This document shows, one piece after another, positions 18,221 to 26,576 of a stretch of 32,000 nucleotides of DNA. A program made the position numbers and the translations under genes. The stretch is from positions 4,560,001 through 4,592,000 of the forward strand of contig NC_009664.2 of assembly GCF_000017305.1 (NCBI RefSeq), read 5' to 3'. Source of the DNA: Kineococcus radiotolerans SRS30216 = ATCC BAA-149 (GTDB lineage: Bacteria > Actinomycetota > Actinomycetes > Actinomycetales > Kineococcaceae). The notes beneath the pieces are model-generated. The model saw only the letters and a list, made by a program, of their open reading frames with translations. It was not told the DNA's origin and did no database searches. Each line of letters begins with the position of its first letter. Position 1 is the first letter of the stretch.

Positions 18221-19000
18221 GTGTCCCCAGATCCCGCGTCCCCGACCCCCGCGTCCCCGACCGAACCGGTCGAACCGGCTGTGGCGACCCCACCGCCGGC
18301 GGGGGAGCTGATGGACCCCCAGGACGCGTTCGCCGAGCTGAGCACGCTCGTCGTGGGCGAGACCCCCCTCAGCCAGGTCCTGGCCCGGGTGGCCCAACTC
18401 GCCCAGGAGTGCGTGCCCGGGGCGGAGGAGGTGTCGGTGACGCTGCTGGAAGGCGACCGCGCCCGCTCCGCGGCCTTCACCGGCAAGCTCGCCGCCGCGC
18501 TGGACGAACGCCAGTACGAGGGCGGCTTCGGCCCCTGCATCGACGCCGCCCAGAGCGGGCAGGTCATCCGCGTGGACGACACCGGCGCGGAGGAGGTCTA
18601 CCCCGACTTCGCCGCGGTCGCTGCGCGTCAGGGCGTGCGCAGCAGCCTCTCCGTGGGCATGCCGATGCCCCAGCGGATCCTGGGTGGGATCAACGTCTAC
18701 CGCTTCGACGAGGGCGTCCTGGACGAGGACGCGGAGAAGACGTTGCAGGCCTTCGCCGCCTACGCCGCGGTCGCGTTGGCGAACCACTCCCTCTACGCCT
18801 CCTCGATGGCGCTCAACGGCAACCTGCAGGTCGCGATGCAGTCCCGCGCGGTGATCGAGCAGGCCAAGGGGGTGCTGGTGGCGAGTCTGCGCTGCAGCCC
18901 GGAGGAGGCGTTCGCGCACCTGGCGAAGCAGTCCCAGCACACCAACCGCAAGCTGCGCGACATCGCCACCGAGATCGTCGAACGCGCCGGCCGCAGCTGA
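18221..19000 (+). CDS. GAF-ANTAR RNA-binding antiterminator-type regulator
   Basis: GAF-like LARVAQLAQECVPGAEEVSVTLLEGD...GPCIDAAQSGQVIRVDD. ANTAR region LQVAMQSRAVIEQAKGVLVASLRCSPEEAFAHLAKQSQHTNRKLRDIATEIV. GTG 18221 follows GGAGGAG with a 5-nt spacer; alternative ATG at 18311. Confidence 0.85.
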   Translation: MSPDPASPTPASPTEPVEPAVATPPPAGELMDPQDAFAELSTLVVGETPLSQVLARVAQLAQECVPGAEEVSVTLLEGDRARSAAFTGKLAAALDERQYEGGFGPCIDAAQSGQVIRVDDTGAEEVYPDFAAVAARQGVRSSLSVGMPMPQRILGGINVYRFDEGVLDEDAEKTLQAFAAYAAVALANHSLYASSMALNGNLQVAMQSRAVIEQAKGVLVASLRCSPEEAFAHLAKQSQHTNRKLRDIATEIVERAGRS

Positions 19001-19086
19001 ATCGGCTCGACACCCGCAAGGGGGACTGGCTCGTCACCATGAGGGTGACGTCGCTATGAGCGTGACGTCACCGGTTGCTGTCGGTC

Positions 19087-19117
19087 GCGCCCGGATTGCG
19101 GGATGGCCGGTAGGTCG
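19087..19117 (+). repeat. Interspersed element copy (diverged core GGGATGGCCGGTAGGTCG)
   Basis: Shares an identical 18-nt 5' extension, GCGCCCGGATTGCGGGAT, with the copy at 26463. Ends 11 nt before the stop of the convergent gene at 19128. Two related ATGAG(G/C)GTGACGTC boxes sit at 19039-19053 and 19056-19070. Confidence 0.6.
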
Positions 19118-19127
19118 AGCAGCCGTC

Positions 19128-19463
19128 TCAGGGACCGCGACGCTGCCGCAGGGGCCGGTCATCACCATCGTGGTGGTAGCTGATCTCGACGTCGGTCAGC
19201 TCGTTCTGCAGCCGGTAGGCCAAGCGCAGCCCCTCGTCCTGCCAGGCCCGCTCCTGCTCCTCGTCGGACCAGCGGTAGTCACTCCACCCGAGGGCGTTGA
19301 ACCGCTCGTTCCGCGCCCGCAACTGCTCGACGAGCTCAGCGCTGACGCCGAGGCTGGTCAGCTCGGCCGGGCCGACATGATCAGGGTCGCTGTCCCAGGC
19401 GGGGTCCTGCTCGCCCCACTCAGCCATGACCCGCAGGGCGACGGGGCGGTAGGGCTCCTCCAC
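19128..19463 (-). CDS. Hypothetical acidic Trp-rich 111-aa protein
   Basis: Clean ORF with protein-like composition (MEEPYRPVALRVMAEWGEQDPAWDSDPDHVGPAEL...). The overlapping plus-strand ORF is low-complexity. No family recognised. Confidence 0.55.
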   Translation of the reverse strand: MEEPYRPVALRVMAEWGEQDPAWDSDPDHVGPAELTSLGVSAELVEQLRARNERFNALGWSDYRWSDEEQERAWQDEGLRLAYRLQNELTDVEISYHHDGDDRPLRQRRGP

Positions 19464-19798
19464 CGGATGAGCATGTCAGCCGGTGTCTGACCTGGGGGCA
19501 GGGCAGTGGGATCGCGGACACACCTCGTAGCGGCTCCGCTCGGCCGCTCGCTCATCGGCGTGAGCGTGTCCTCGGTAAGGCGCTCGGGCGGCGTCGTGGG
19601 TGTGAGAGGCCCGTGTCTGCCTCACGGTCCGCATCATGACGTGAAACGGGAAGGTGTCGGCGATCTCACAAGATCGCTGAGGGGTTGTGAGGAAGGGTTC
19701 ACGCGACCGGTCGGCGTCAGCAACGCCGACGTGACCGGGCGCGGTGAGCGTTGACCTCACCATCGTGGACCCGGCGGGTCCCATTCCCTGGAGGCGTC

Positions 19799-20989
19799 GT
19801 GGCCGGTCTCTTCACCCCCTTGACCATCAAGGACGTGACTCTGCGCAACCGCATCGGCATGTCACCCATGACGATGTACCGCTCCGTAGACGGGGCAATG
19901 AACGACTTCCACCTCATGTACCTGGGCGCCCGCGCCGCCGGCGGGTTCGGGCTGGTCTTCCCCGAGCAGGTCGCCATCGCCCCCGAAGGCCGCACCACCG
20001 TGCACTGCGCCGGCATCTACGACGACGCGCAGGTCGAGGGTCACGCCCGCGTCACCGCCATGATCAAGGACATGGGGGCGGTGGCCGGGATCCAGCTCGG
20101 TCACACCGGCCGCAACGGCAGCGAGGTCCCGCCCTGGGAGGGCGGCCTGCAACTGCCCCCCGAGCACCCTGACGGCTGGCAGGTCAGCGGCCCCTCGAAC
20201 ATCCCCTACGGCTGCGGCAAGCGTCCCTACCCGGTGCACGCGCTGAGCGTGGCGGAGATCAAAACCCTGCACCGGCAGTACGCCGACGCCGCCCGACGCG
20301 CACTGGACGCCGGTTACGAGTGGCTGGAGATGCACTTCGCCCACGGCTACCTCGCCTCGGAGTTCTTCTCCCCCCTGGCCAACCAGCGCACCGACGAGTA
20401 CGGCGGCAGTCTGGAGAACCGCGCCCGGTTCCTCCTCGAGGCGCTGGACGCGGTCCGGGAGGTGTGGCCGGAGCGGCTGCCGCTGACGATGCGGCTGGGG
20501 TCGGATGACTTCCACCCCGAGGGGATCACCTTTGAGGAGTCGATCACGGCGATCGGCTGGATGAAGGAGCATGGCCTGGACCTGGCCGACATCAGCCAGG
20601 GCGGCAACACCGACGATATGGTGAACCCGATCTGGAACGACCCCAGCGCGTGGGTGGCGCGCGCTGCGCGACTGAAGGATCGGGTGGACATCCCCGTCAC
20701 CACGAGCTGGAACCTCGGCATCCCCGCCAACGCCGACGCGGCCATCCGTTCCGGGGACGTCGACCTGGTCCTGCTGGGCCGTCCGGCGCTGGCGAACCCG
20801 CACTGGCCGGTGTGGGCGGCCCGGGAACTGGGCACTACCGAACCCTTCGACCTGGTTCCGAAGGACTGGGGGTTCTGGCTGCAGAACTTCCGCGGGCACG
20901 GCCCCAGCATCGGCTGGCCCGAGCCCGAGGTCAGCCGCCCGGCAGTGGTGACCCTGCCCCAGCAGGGAGCGCACCTGCAGAACGTCTAG
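19799..20989 (+). CDS. NADH:flavin oxidoreductase, Old Yellow Enzyme family
   Basis: LFTPLTIKDVTLRNRIGMSPMTMY, HCAGIYDD, GIQLGHTGRNGS, WLEMHFAHGYLASEFFSPLANQRTDEYGGSLENRARF. GTG 19799 follows GGAGG (19790-19794). The ORF is open from 19751. Confidence 0.9.
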   Translation: MAGLFTPLTIKDVTLRNRIGMSPMTMYRSVDGAMNDFHLMYLGARAAGGFGLVFPEQVAIAPEGRTTVHCAGIYDDAQVEGHARVTAMIKDMGAVAGIQLGHTGRNGSEVPPWEGGLQLPPEHPDGWQVSGPSNIPYGCGKRPYPVHALSVAEIKTLHRQYADAARRALDAGYEWLEMHFAHGYLASEFFSPLANQRTDEYGGSLENRARFLLEALDAVREVWPERLPLTMRLGSDDFHPEGITFEESITAIGWMKEHGLDLADISQGGNTDDMVNPIWNDPSAWVARAARLKDRVDIPVTTSWNLGIPANADAAIRSGDVDLVLLGRPALANPHWPVWAARELGTTEPFDLVPKDWGFWLQNFRGHGPSIGWPEPEVSRPAVVTLPQQGAHLQNV

Positions 20990-21048
20990 AAGAGCGCCGC
21001 ACCGGCTGCGGGCTGCACCAGGTCCTCCGGTGGGGTAGTCGCGACACC

Positions 21049-21079
21049 GGGGTGTCACCCGGGAACCGGGTGACACCCC
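21049..21079. terminator. Perfect 14-bp-stem, 3-nt-loop hairpin between convergent genes (probable bidirectional intrinsic terminator, no U-tract)
   Basis: GGGGTGTCACCCGG gaa CCGGGTGACACCCC. It lies 60 nt after the OYE stop and 58 nt after the hydrolase stop. Confidence 0.6.
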
Positions 21080-21136
21080 GCTCATCAAGCTGTGTCCGTC
21101 GTCGGCGCTCAGTTGCGGAACGTCGGCAGGTGGTTC

Positions 21137-21973
21137 TCAGGAGGCGAGGAAGTCCAGCAGGACGCGGTTGAACTCCTCGGCATGGCTGACGTTGATGCCG
21201 TGCGGCCCGCCGGCGATGACGTGCAGGCGGCTGCCGGGGATCGCGGCGTGGGTGCGCGCACCGGAGCCTGCAAAGGGCACGGTCCCGTCGCCGTCGCCGT
21301 GGACGACCAGCACAGGCACGTCGACCTTGGGGAGGTCGTCGCGGAAGTCGGTGGTCCCGAAGGACGCCATCGCCTTCAGCGCGGCCTTCTTGTCGGCCTG
21401 CTTCGTCAGAGCGAGGGCCTCCTGGCGCTGGGCCTCGGTGACCTTCAGGACCCCGTCGACGGAGAAGAAGTCGGTGACGAAGCCGTCGTAGAAGGAGTCC
21501 TCGTCAGCGGTGAGGGCGGCCTCCATCTGCGCCGCCTGCTCCTTGGTCAGCGGGCCGTCGGGGTTGTCCTTCCCCTTCGCCATGTAGGGCGGGACCGCGG
21601 CGGCGAAGACGACGCTGCGCAGGCGCTCGTCGCTGTACTTGGTGAAGTAGCGCGCGACCTCCCCTCCGCCCATGGAGAAGCCGACGAGGGTGACGTCGGT
21701 GAGGTCGAGGGCCTCGAGCAGGGCGTGCAGGTCCTCGGTGAGGGTGTCGTAGTCGTAGCCGATGCGGGTCTTGTCGCTGCGCCCGAAGCCGCGGCGGTCG
21801 TAGGTGATGACCCGGTAGCCCGCGGCGGTGAGGGCGGGGACCTGCTCGGACCAGGAGGCACCCGACAGGGGCCAGCCGTGGATGAGGACGACGGGGCGTC
21901 CGGGGCCGCCGGTGTCGTCGACGTGCAGGTCGGTGTCCTTGAACAGGCCGTGGTGGGCGGTGATCTCGGTCAT
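21137..21973 (-). CDS. Alpha/beta hydrolase of the cofactor-free haloperoxidase/arylesterase type
   Basis: PVVLIHGWPLSGASWSEQVPAL..GYRVITYDRRGFGRSD, nucleophile elbow GFSMGGGEV, and PVLVVHGDGDGTVPF...GGPHG. Confidence 0.85.
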   Translation of the reverse strand: MTEITAHHGLFKDTDLHVDDTGGPGRPVVLIHGWPLSGASWSEQVPALTAAGYRVITYDRRGFGRSDKTRIGYDYDTLTEDLHALLEALDLTDVTLVGFSMGGGEVARYFTKYSDERLRSVVFAAAVPPYMAKGKDNPDGPLTKEQAAQMEAALTADEDSFYDGFVTDFFSVDGVLKVTEAQRQEALALTKQADKKAALKAMASFGTTDFRDDLPKVDVPVLVVHGDGDGTVPFAGSGARTHAAIPGSRLHVIAGGPHGINVSHAEEFNRVLLDFLAS

Positions 21974-22285
21974 GACTCCCCTTCGGAGCGGACGCGGCGG
22001 TGGTCTGGTGGGACCTGCACTGGCCTGGGTCGAGCGCCGGTTGGACGCTCAACCACTGTGGCTACCCTGGACGGGTGGGGGTTAGGCCGCCTCCTGAGGG
22101 CTGCCAAGGGGTGCCGGTGTTGCGCCGTTCGAGGTCGCAGAGGACTTGGCGTGGTCCTCACTTCGCACGCAGTCACCATCGGCGGTGTCGATCGAAGGTT
22201 GGCGGACCGCGTGCTGTGCAAGGCGGCGCATCAAGAAGTGCTGTCCCCAGGTCGCAGTGAGGGCATTGCCTCGCTGTGGGCGAGG

Positions 22286-22841
22286 TCAGGAGGCTGGATC
22301 GTCCTTGACGAGCGGAATCGCGCTGGCGGCGATCTGGTCCAGGTTGGGCAGATCCAGCGTCGTGTGGGTGGGGGCCAGCGCAGGCCCCCAGGACACCTCG
22401 AAGCCCAGCTTGCCGTCGGTGGGCATCCCGAAGATCCGCACGGCGCACGACAGGCGCCGGACGCGACCGTCGTCCCAGACGTCGTTGCGCTCACCCAGGG
22501 ACAGTCGCTGCGGCATGTGATCGACGAAGGCGTGCACGAGGGGGTCGTTGGCCGGGCCTGGCCAGTGCTCCCACAAAGCTCCCTGTACGGCCGCCTCGGC
22601 ATCGCTGCGGGGTGGGAGGACCTGCGGGATGAAGGCGACGTCGGCGCGGGCCACCAGCCAGGCGGTCGGGGTAGGCGAACAGGCAGCGCAGGCCGATGGC
22701 GATGCCGGGGACCTTGGCCAGGACCACCGGCCCGTGAGCGATGGCTCCCAGACTGCGCCAGGTCTGATCGGAGTCTTCGATCTCCCACGGCCTCCATGGC
22801 CGCTGCCACGGCTCCCAGGACGGGGCGGATGCATCCGTCAT
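22286..22841 (-). pseudogene. Frameshifted paralog of the upstream 188-aa gene (or a sequencing error)
   Basis: The N-terminal part is in the frame of ORF 22491-22841 (…SLGAIAHGPVVLAKVPGIAIGLRCLFAYPDRL). The rest is in the frame of ORF 22286-22834 (LVARADVAFIPQ…). The switch is at CTGGCTGG (plus strand 22654-22661). Removing one base restores DRLLVARA, which aligns with DGLLLSIE in the paralog. Confidence 0.6.
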
Positions 22842-23404
22842 GCCAGCCTCACCACCCGCTCGTAGAGGTCGTCCAGGTTCTCCAGGGCCAGGACCGTCGT
22901 GGTCATCGGAGCACCCAGCTCCGGCCAGCCGGCCTCAAGAGGAAGGCGCGCGTCCTCCGGTAGCTTCGGCCACCACAGGTCCAGGTCTCGCAGGTATGCC
23001 GGCGAGCCCGGGTCCTCACCCGAGGCACCGCGGGCGACGGGTCCGCCACTGCTGTAGTGGTGTTCCAGTCGATGCCACAGCTGCCCGTCCGGGGTGAGGC
23101 CGGCGGCCGAGGCCGGGACGCTGAAGTGGGGGTCGCTGCGGGGAAGCCGAGGAGCACGCTGCCGGCCGCTGCGACCGCTGGGGTGGAAGTCAGACTCGTA
23201 GGCGTCTTGAGCGACCTGGCCGATGGCCTTGATCTCGATGGAGAGCAGCAGGCCGTCGAGGTAGGCGAAGGCGCAGCGCAGGCCGAGGCCGATCCCTGGC
23301 CCCTGGCTGAGGACGCACGGGCCGTGGGCGAGGGCTCCGAGTCCCTCCACGAAGGAGAAGGAGATGCCGCTGGTCACGGGGCCAGACTGCCGCACGTGAG
23401 GCAT
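22838..23404 (-). CDS. Hypothetical 188-aa protein, intact member of the tandem paralog pair
   Basis: Shares GLGALAHGPCVLSQGPGIGLGLRCAFAYLDGL with the downstream copy. Its stop overlaps the downstream ATG (ATGA at 22838-22841). Confidence 0.6.
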   Translation of the reverse strand: MPHVRQSGPVTSGISFSFVEGLGALAHGPCVLSQGPGIGLGLRCAFAYLDGLLLSIEIKAIGQVAQDAYESDFHPSGRSGRQRAPRLPRSDPHFSVPASAAGLTPDGQLWHRLEHHYSSGGPVARGASGEDPGSPAYLRDLDLWWPKLPEDARLPLEAGWPELGAPMTTTVLALENLDDLYERVVRLA

Positions 23405-23477
23405 CCCGTCACCAGCGGCGAGCAGCGGTCATGATGCTCGATAACCGCGTGCCTCTCGTCAGACGCATGCTCTTCGT

Positions 23478-23494
23478 GGGATGACCGCAAGCTG
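23478..23494 (+). repeat. Interspersed element copy (GGGATGACCGcaAGcTg)
   Basis: The first 10 nt are identical to the core. Lies in the divergent gap 23405-23561. Confidence 0.5.
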
Positions 23495-23561
23495 CCACGA
23501 CAACCAGGGGCTGCGTCCGCAGACGCGAGACACAGCGCTTCGAGGTCCATAGCCCTCGTCC

Positions 23562-23714
23562 ATGGACTTCGTGGTGTGCTCCTACGACCAAGAGCGAGTC
23601 AAGAACGTCGACGGGCTCCTCGGACCCGGAGAGCGCCCGCTGGTGGACTGCCCGCGGTGCGGCAGGCGATACGTGTTCACGGAAGACGGCGAGCTGGTGA
23701 GCTACAGCTCCTGA
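23562..23714 (+). CDS. Possible 50-aa protein with a CxxC knuckle (below the ORF-track length cutoff)
   Basis: MDFVVCSYDQERVKNVDGLLGPGERPLVDCPRCGRRYVFTEDGELVSYSS. High third-position GC. I found no strong RBS. Confidence 0.35.
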   Translation: MDFVVCSYDQERVKNVDGLLGPGERPLVDCPRCGRRYVFTEDGELVSYSS

Positions 23715-23803
23715 CCGGGTGGCTACCTTGAGTGCGCTTTCGATGAGCGCGTGTCTCGTCGCGCGCGGGCGCTCCAGGCCGGCCGCGAACGTGCACTGAG
23801 CAC

Positions 23804-23820
23804 GGGATGACCGTGATGTC
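23804..23820 (+). repeat. Interspersed element copy (GGGATGACCGTGATGTC)
   Basis: Exact 13-mer GGGATGACCGTGA, 90 nt after the stop of the small ORF. It overlaps the annotated ATG of the SRPBCC ORF. Confidence 0.8.
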
Positions 23821-24706
23821 TCGACGCGCCCGGGATGGGTGCTGGGAGGTTCGCGGTGTTGACCGTCCTCGACGACGGCGCTCCGCTACCGTCGGGGACG
23901 TGGCGCGCCCGCTGTACGTCGAGACGCTGGTGCGCTGCGAGGCGGACCGGTTGTGGCACCTGACCCAGGCCCCGGACCTGCACCCGCGCTGGGACCTGCG
24001 CTTCTCCTCCATCCAGCCCACCGTCCGCGACGCCGACGGGCACCAGCACTTCACCTACGCCCTCGTCCTGCCCCACCCCCGCGCGGCGCTGCTGACGGTC
24101 ACGGGCACGGGGGTGTCGGTGGGGCAGCGGCGCGATGCCGCGGGCCGCGGGACGTCGGCCTTGCGGTTCCGCCCCCACGGCGTCTTGTCCCCACTGGGTG
24201 AGGGGGCGGGGTACTGGCGCTACGTCCCCACCGAGCACGGGGTCCGGTTCCTCACCGGCTACGACTACGTCCCCGGCTGGGGTGGGCTGGGCCGGGTGCT
24301 GGACCCGTTCCTGGTGCGCCCGCTGGTGGGGTGGGCCACCGCGTGGAGCTTTGACCGCCTGCGTCTGTGGGCGGAGACCGGCTTGGACCCGGCCCTCGCC
24401 CGCAACCGCGCCCTGCGCGATGCGGCCGTCCGGTCAGTGGGCCTGGGCCTGAGTCTGGGGGCTCTCGCCGCGGCCGGTGGGCGGCGCACCCGGCGGCACG
24501 GACGGCGGCACGGACAGCGACGGAGCCTGGTGGGTGCCGCGGTGGCCGTGGCCGCTGCGGCGCTGCTCTGGCCGGTAGGCAGCGGCACCCCTTCGGCGCG
24601 CCGCTGCCTGCGTCGCGCCCCCGACCGCCGGTCCGCCACCGCACCGACCAGCCTGGACACCGTTCCCCTCCCGATGGGGTCAGCCGCGCCGGGTCGAGAC
24701 GCGTGA
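23807..24706 (+). CDS. SRPBCC (polyketide cyclase/START-like) domain protein with a C-terminal membrane/Arg-rich region
   Basis: RPLYVETLVRCEADRLWHLTQAPDLHPRWDLRF...GYWRYVPTEHGVRFLTGYDYVPGWGGLG. Its stop overlaps the DUF4166 start (GTGA at 24703-24706). The true start may be GTG 23900. Confidence 0.7.
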   Translation: MTVMSRRARDGCWEVRGVDRPRRRRSATVGDVARPLYVETLVRCEADRLWHLTQAPDLHPRWDLRFSSIQPTVRDADGHQHFTYALVLPHPRAALLTVTGTGVSVGQRRDAAGRGTSALRFRPHGVLSPLGEGAGYWRYVPTEHGVRFLTGYDYVPGWGGLGRVLDPFLVRPLVGWATAWSFDRLRLWAETGLDPALARNRALRDAAVRSVGLGLSLGALAAAGGRRTRRHGRRHGQRRSLVGAAVAVAAAALLWPVGSGTPSARRCLRRAPDRRSATAPTSLDTVPLPMGSAAPGRDA

Positions 24707-25407
24707 GCGCGCGCGAGCCGGACTTCACCGGCAGCGTGGTCCTCGCCGCCCTAGGCGCCGACGCCGCCCGCCTGCACCCGATGCTGCAGCGGCGCTTCGG
24801 GGTCTCCACCGCCGCGGGGTACTCCTGCGTGGGGCGCGGGGTCATGGACCGCCTCTGGCACGGCCCGGCGTGGACGCTGCCGTTCCTGCACCTGGGAGCG
24901 TGGCGCAACATCCTGGTTCCCGACGCCGGGAGTGATGTCCCTTTCAGCGTGGAGAATTACGCCTACGTCGACTCCTTCGGTCGTGAGACGGTCACGGTGG
25001 TCCGGACCTTCGAGATCGCCCCGGGCCGGCGGCGCCGCTTCGACGCGACGCTGGTCGCCGACGGGCCGGGTCGGGTCCTGGACTACCTCGGAACCCATCA
25101 GCACCTGGCGGTGGACCTGCGTCCGTCGGTGCTGGCGGATGGGCGGTTGCGCATCGTCTCCAGCGCGCAGCGCTTCTACGAGGGCCGCGTGGGGTTCCGG
25201 TTCCCGATGCTGTTCTCCGGGACGGCGGAGCTGATCGAGGGTTACGACGAGGGTCGGGGGAGGTACACGATCGAGGTGGCGGTCTCCAACGAGCGGTTCG
25301 GGCCGCTGGCGGGCTATTCGGGCAGCTTTACTTGTGAGTTCCCGCAGGTCGTGGGTGATGCGGTCCCGCCGGCGGTGCGGCCGTTGCGGGAGGAACAGCG
25401 CCGTTGA
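24703..25407 (+). CDS. DUF4166 domain protein
   Basis: LGADAARLHPMLQRRFGVS...GRGVMDRLWHG...FSVENYAYVDSFGRETVTVVRTF...YLGTHQHLAVDL...RFYEGRVGFRFP pattern. Translationally coupled to the SRPBCC gene. Confidence 0.7.
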   Translation: MSAREPDFTGSVVLAALGADAARLHPMLQRRFGVSTAAGYSCVGRGVMDRLWHGPAWTLPFLHLGAWRNILVPDAGSDVPFSVENYAYVDSFGRETVTVVRTFEIAPGRRRRFDATLVADGPGRVLDYLGTHQHLAVDLRPSVLADGRLRIVSSAQRFYEGRVGFRFPMLFSGTAELIEGYDEGRGRYTIEVAVSNERFGPLAGYSGSFTCEFPQVVGDAVPPAVRPLREEQRR

Positions 25408-25476
25408 ACCGTGGTGGGCGATGCGGTCCCGCCGGCGGTGCGGCCGTTGCGGGAGGAACAGCGCCGTTGAACCGTC
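25351..25476. repeat. 63-bp tandem duplication (61/63 identical) covering the last 18 codons and the stop codon of the DUF4166 gene
   Basis: Unit 1 is 25351-25413 and unit 2 is 25414-25476. Both read VGDAVPPAVRPLREEQRR-TGA-TV in the gene's frame. Confidence 0.95.
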
Positions 25477-25487
25477 GCGCGGATAGC

Positions 25488-25505
25488 GGGATGAGCGTGA
25501 GGTCC
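25488..25505 (+). repeat. Interspersed element copy (GGGATGAGCGTGAGGTCC)
   Basis: One mismatch in the 13-mer. Lies 11 nt after the 63-bp duplication. Confidence 0.75.
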
Positions 25506-25733
25506 AGCATCGCCTTGTCTCCGCGAGCACCATGGGGCCCCTTGAGGCGGACAGCACGAGACGACGAAGGGCTGGCGGTAGGCGAGATGGGTCGAGGACG
25601 GCAGCAAGAACATGGCACGGAGGACGGCGGTGAAGGCGCCGGGGTACGCGTAGGGGGCGGCGACGGCGACGGCAGTGATGATCACGATGACGACGCCGGA
25701 GCCACCGCCTGAGTCCGAGCGCGCTACGTCAGC

Positions 25734-25751
25734 GGGATGATCGTGAGGTCG
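25734..25751 (+). repeat. Interspersed element copy (GGGATGATCGTGAGGTCG)
   Basis: One mismatch in the 13-mer. Lies in the gene-free gap 25477-25858. Confidence 0.75.
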
Positions 25752-25835
25752 TCAGGTCAGCCCTTGGGCTTTCCGTTTACGCACTCGACCTCGAGACCGG
25801 CGTCGTCCTCGCGCCTGACACCGCGACCTGCTGAA

Positions 25836-25857
25836 CGGATGAGCGTCGCCGAGGCCC
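25836..25857 (+). repeat. Interspersed element copy with a 4-nt insertion (CGGATGAGCGT[CGCC]GAGGCCC)
   Basis: Matches the 25488 copy apart from the CGCC insertion. Ends 2 nt from the stop codon of the minus-strand gene 25859-26386. Confidence 0.5.
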
Positions 25858-25858
25858 C

Positions 25859-26386
25859 CTAGGGGCGCTCCTGCCCGGTCAATTGCTCCAACCGGTGCTG
25901 AAGACGCGCCGGCTCCACCCAGGCGAGGACGATGAAGAAGGAGAAGAAGGCCGCCGCCAGCAGCCACCACCGCGACCACACCAGCGCCAATCCGAGGTAG
26001 ACGACGGTGAAGACCCCGAAGGTCAGGAGTTGACGCACCCGCCCGCGGCGCGCTTCTTGCTGTCGTCGTTGCACGAGGTGGACCGCCACTTGCTGGATGA
26101 CGGGGTCGGTCGGGACGGGACCGCGTCGGGCCGCGCGGGCACCGGCTCGTTGCTGCTCAGGGCTGGCCTGCGCCGGGAGACCGGCGAGTAGACGCTGACG
26201 CATCCGGGCTGAGGCAGGCCCCATCAAGGCGCCGAAGACGACGCCGGCGATCAGCGCAAAGGGCAGCGTCGAGGTGAAGGTCTCATGGCCGGTGATGGCT
26301 GAGCCGGCCGCGAAGATCAGGGTGAAGAGGAGGCCCTGCACGATGCCCAGGACCCACCACGGTGCTTGCTGCCAGCGCCACGACAT
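25859..26386 (-). CDS. Four-TM membrane protein, function unknown
   Basis: 175-aa ORF with hydrophobic segments WWVLGIVQGLLFTLIFAAGSAI, LPFALIAGVVFGALMG, LLTFGVFTVVYLGLALVW and WWLLAAAFFSFFIVLAWV. Confidence 0.7.
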   Translation of the reverse strand: MSWRWQQAPWWVLGIVQGLLFTLIFAAGSAITGHETFTSTLPFALIAGVVFGALMGPASARMRQRLLAGLPAQASPEQQRAGARAARRGPVPTDPVIQQVAVHLVQRRQQEARRGRVRQLLTFGVFTVVYLGLALVWSRWWLLAAAFFSFFIVLAWVEPARLQHRLEQLTGQERP

Positions 26387-26462
26387 CCCTGCAGCTTGGA
26401 CTGCGTCTGCCAGGCCGGCGCCTGCAGGTGTGCGGTGTCATCCGGCTGGCGGTAGGAATGCA

Positions 26463-26529
26463 GCGCCCGGATTGCGGGATCACCGTGAGGTCCTGGTCTT
26501 GAGCTGGGGTGGGCCAGGCCGTCACCCTG
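26463..26529 (+). repeat. Interspersed element: B-type core GGGATCACCGTGAGGTCC with a diverged inverted partner (palindromic unit)
   Basis: Core at 26476-26493. CCTGG (26492-26496) pairs with CCAGG (26514-26518), and GGG (26476-26478) with CCC (26525-26527). The right arm GCCGTCACCCTG (26518-26529) is an identical 12-mer to 27668-27679. Confidence 0.7.
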
Positions 26530-26576
26530 CAGGAGGGGCGCGGCCCTCGTGGACGTCGGCATGAGATGGAGGCGCG

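Noticed and set aside
22626-22643. Element-like matches inside coding regions: 22626 (GGGATGAAGGCGACGTCG), 17716, 16664, 15277, 31771, 791, 2929, 9813.
   Set aside because: Each matches at about 11-15 of 17-18 positions. My rough estimate is that matches of this quality can arise by chance in 64 kb of GC-rich sequence, and all of these are explained by codons of real genes or remnants. The 22626 match lies near the frameshift site and is the only one I would re-examine.
25314-25685. 123-aa minus-strand ORF with a hydrophobic N-terminus (MIITAVAVAAPYAYPGAFTAVLRAMFLL).
   Set aside because: Third-position GC decays after about 45 codons. The ORF runs through an element copy and the 63-bp duplication, and overlaps the DUF4166 3' end by about 90 nt. 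At best it is a remnant.
25742-25753. GACC-GTGA-GGTC read as a conserved GNRA-tetraloop RNA hairpin.
   Set aside because: The 4-bp stem is broken in the exact-core copies at 28052, 28415, 29650 and 23804 (CGTC, AGCC and TGTC on the 3' side). There is no compensatory pattern, so conservation is in sequence rather than structure.
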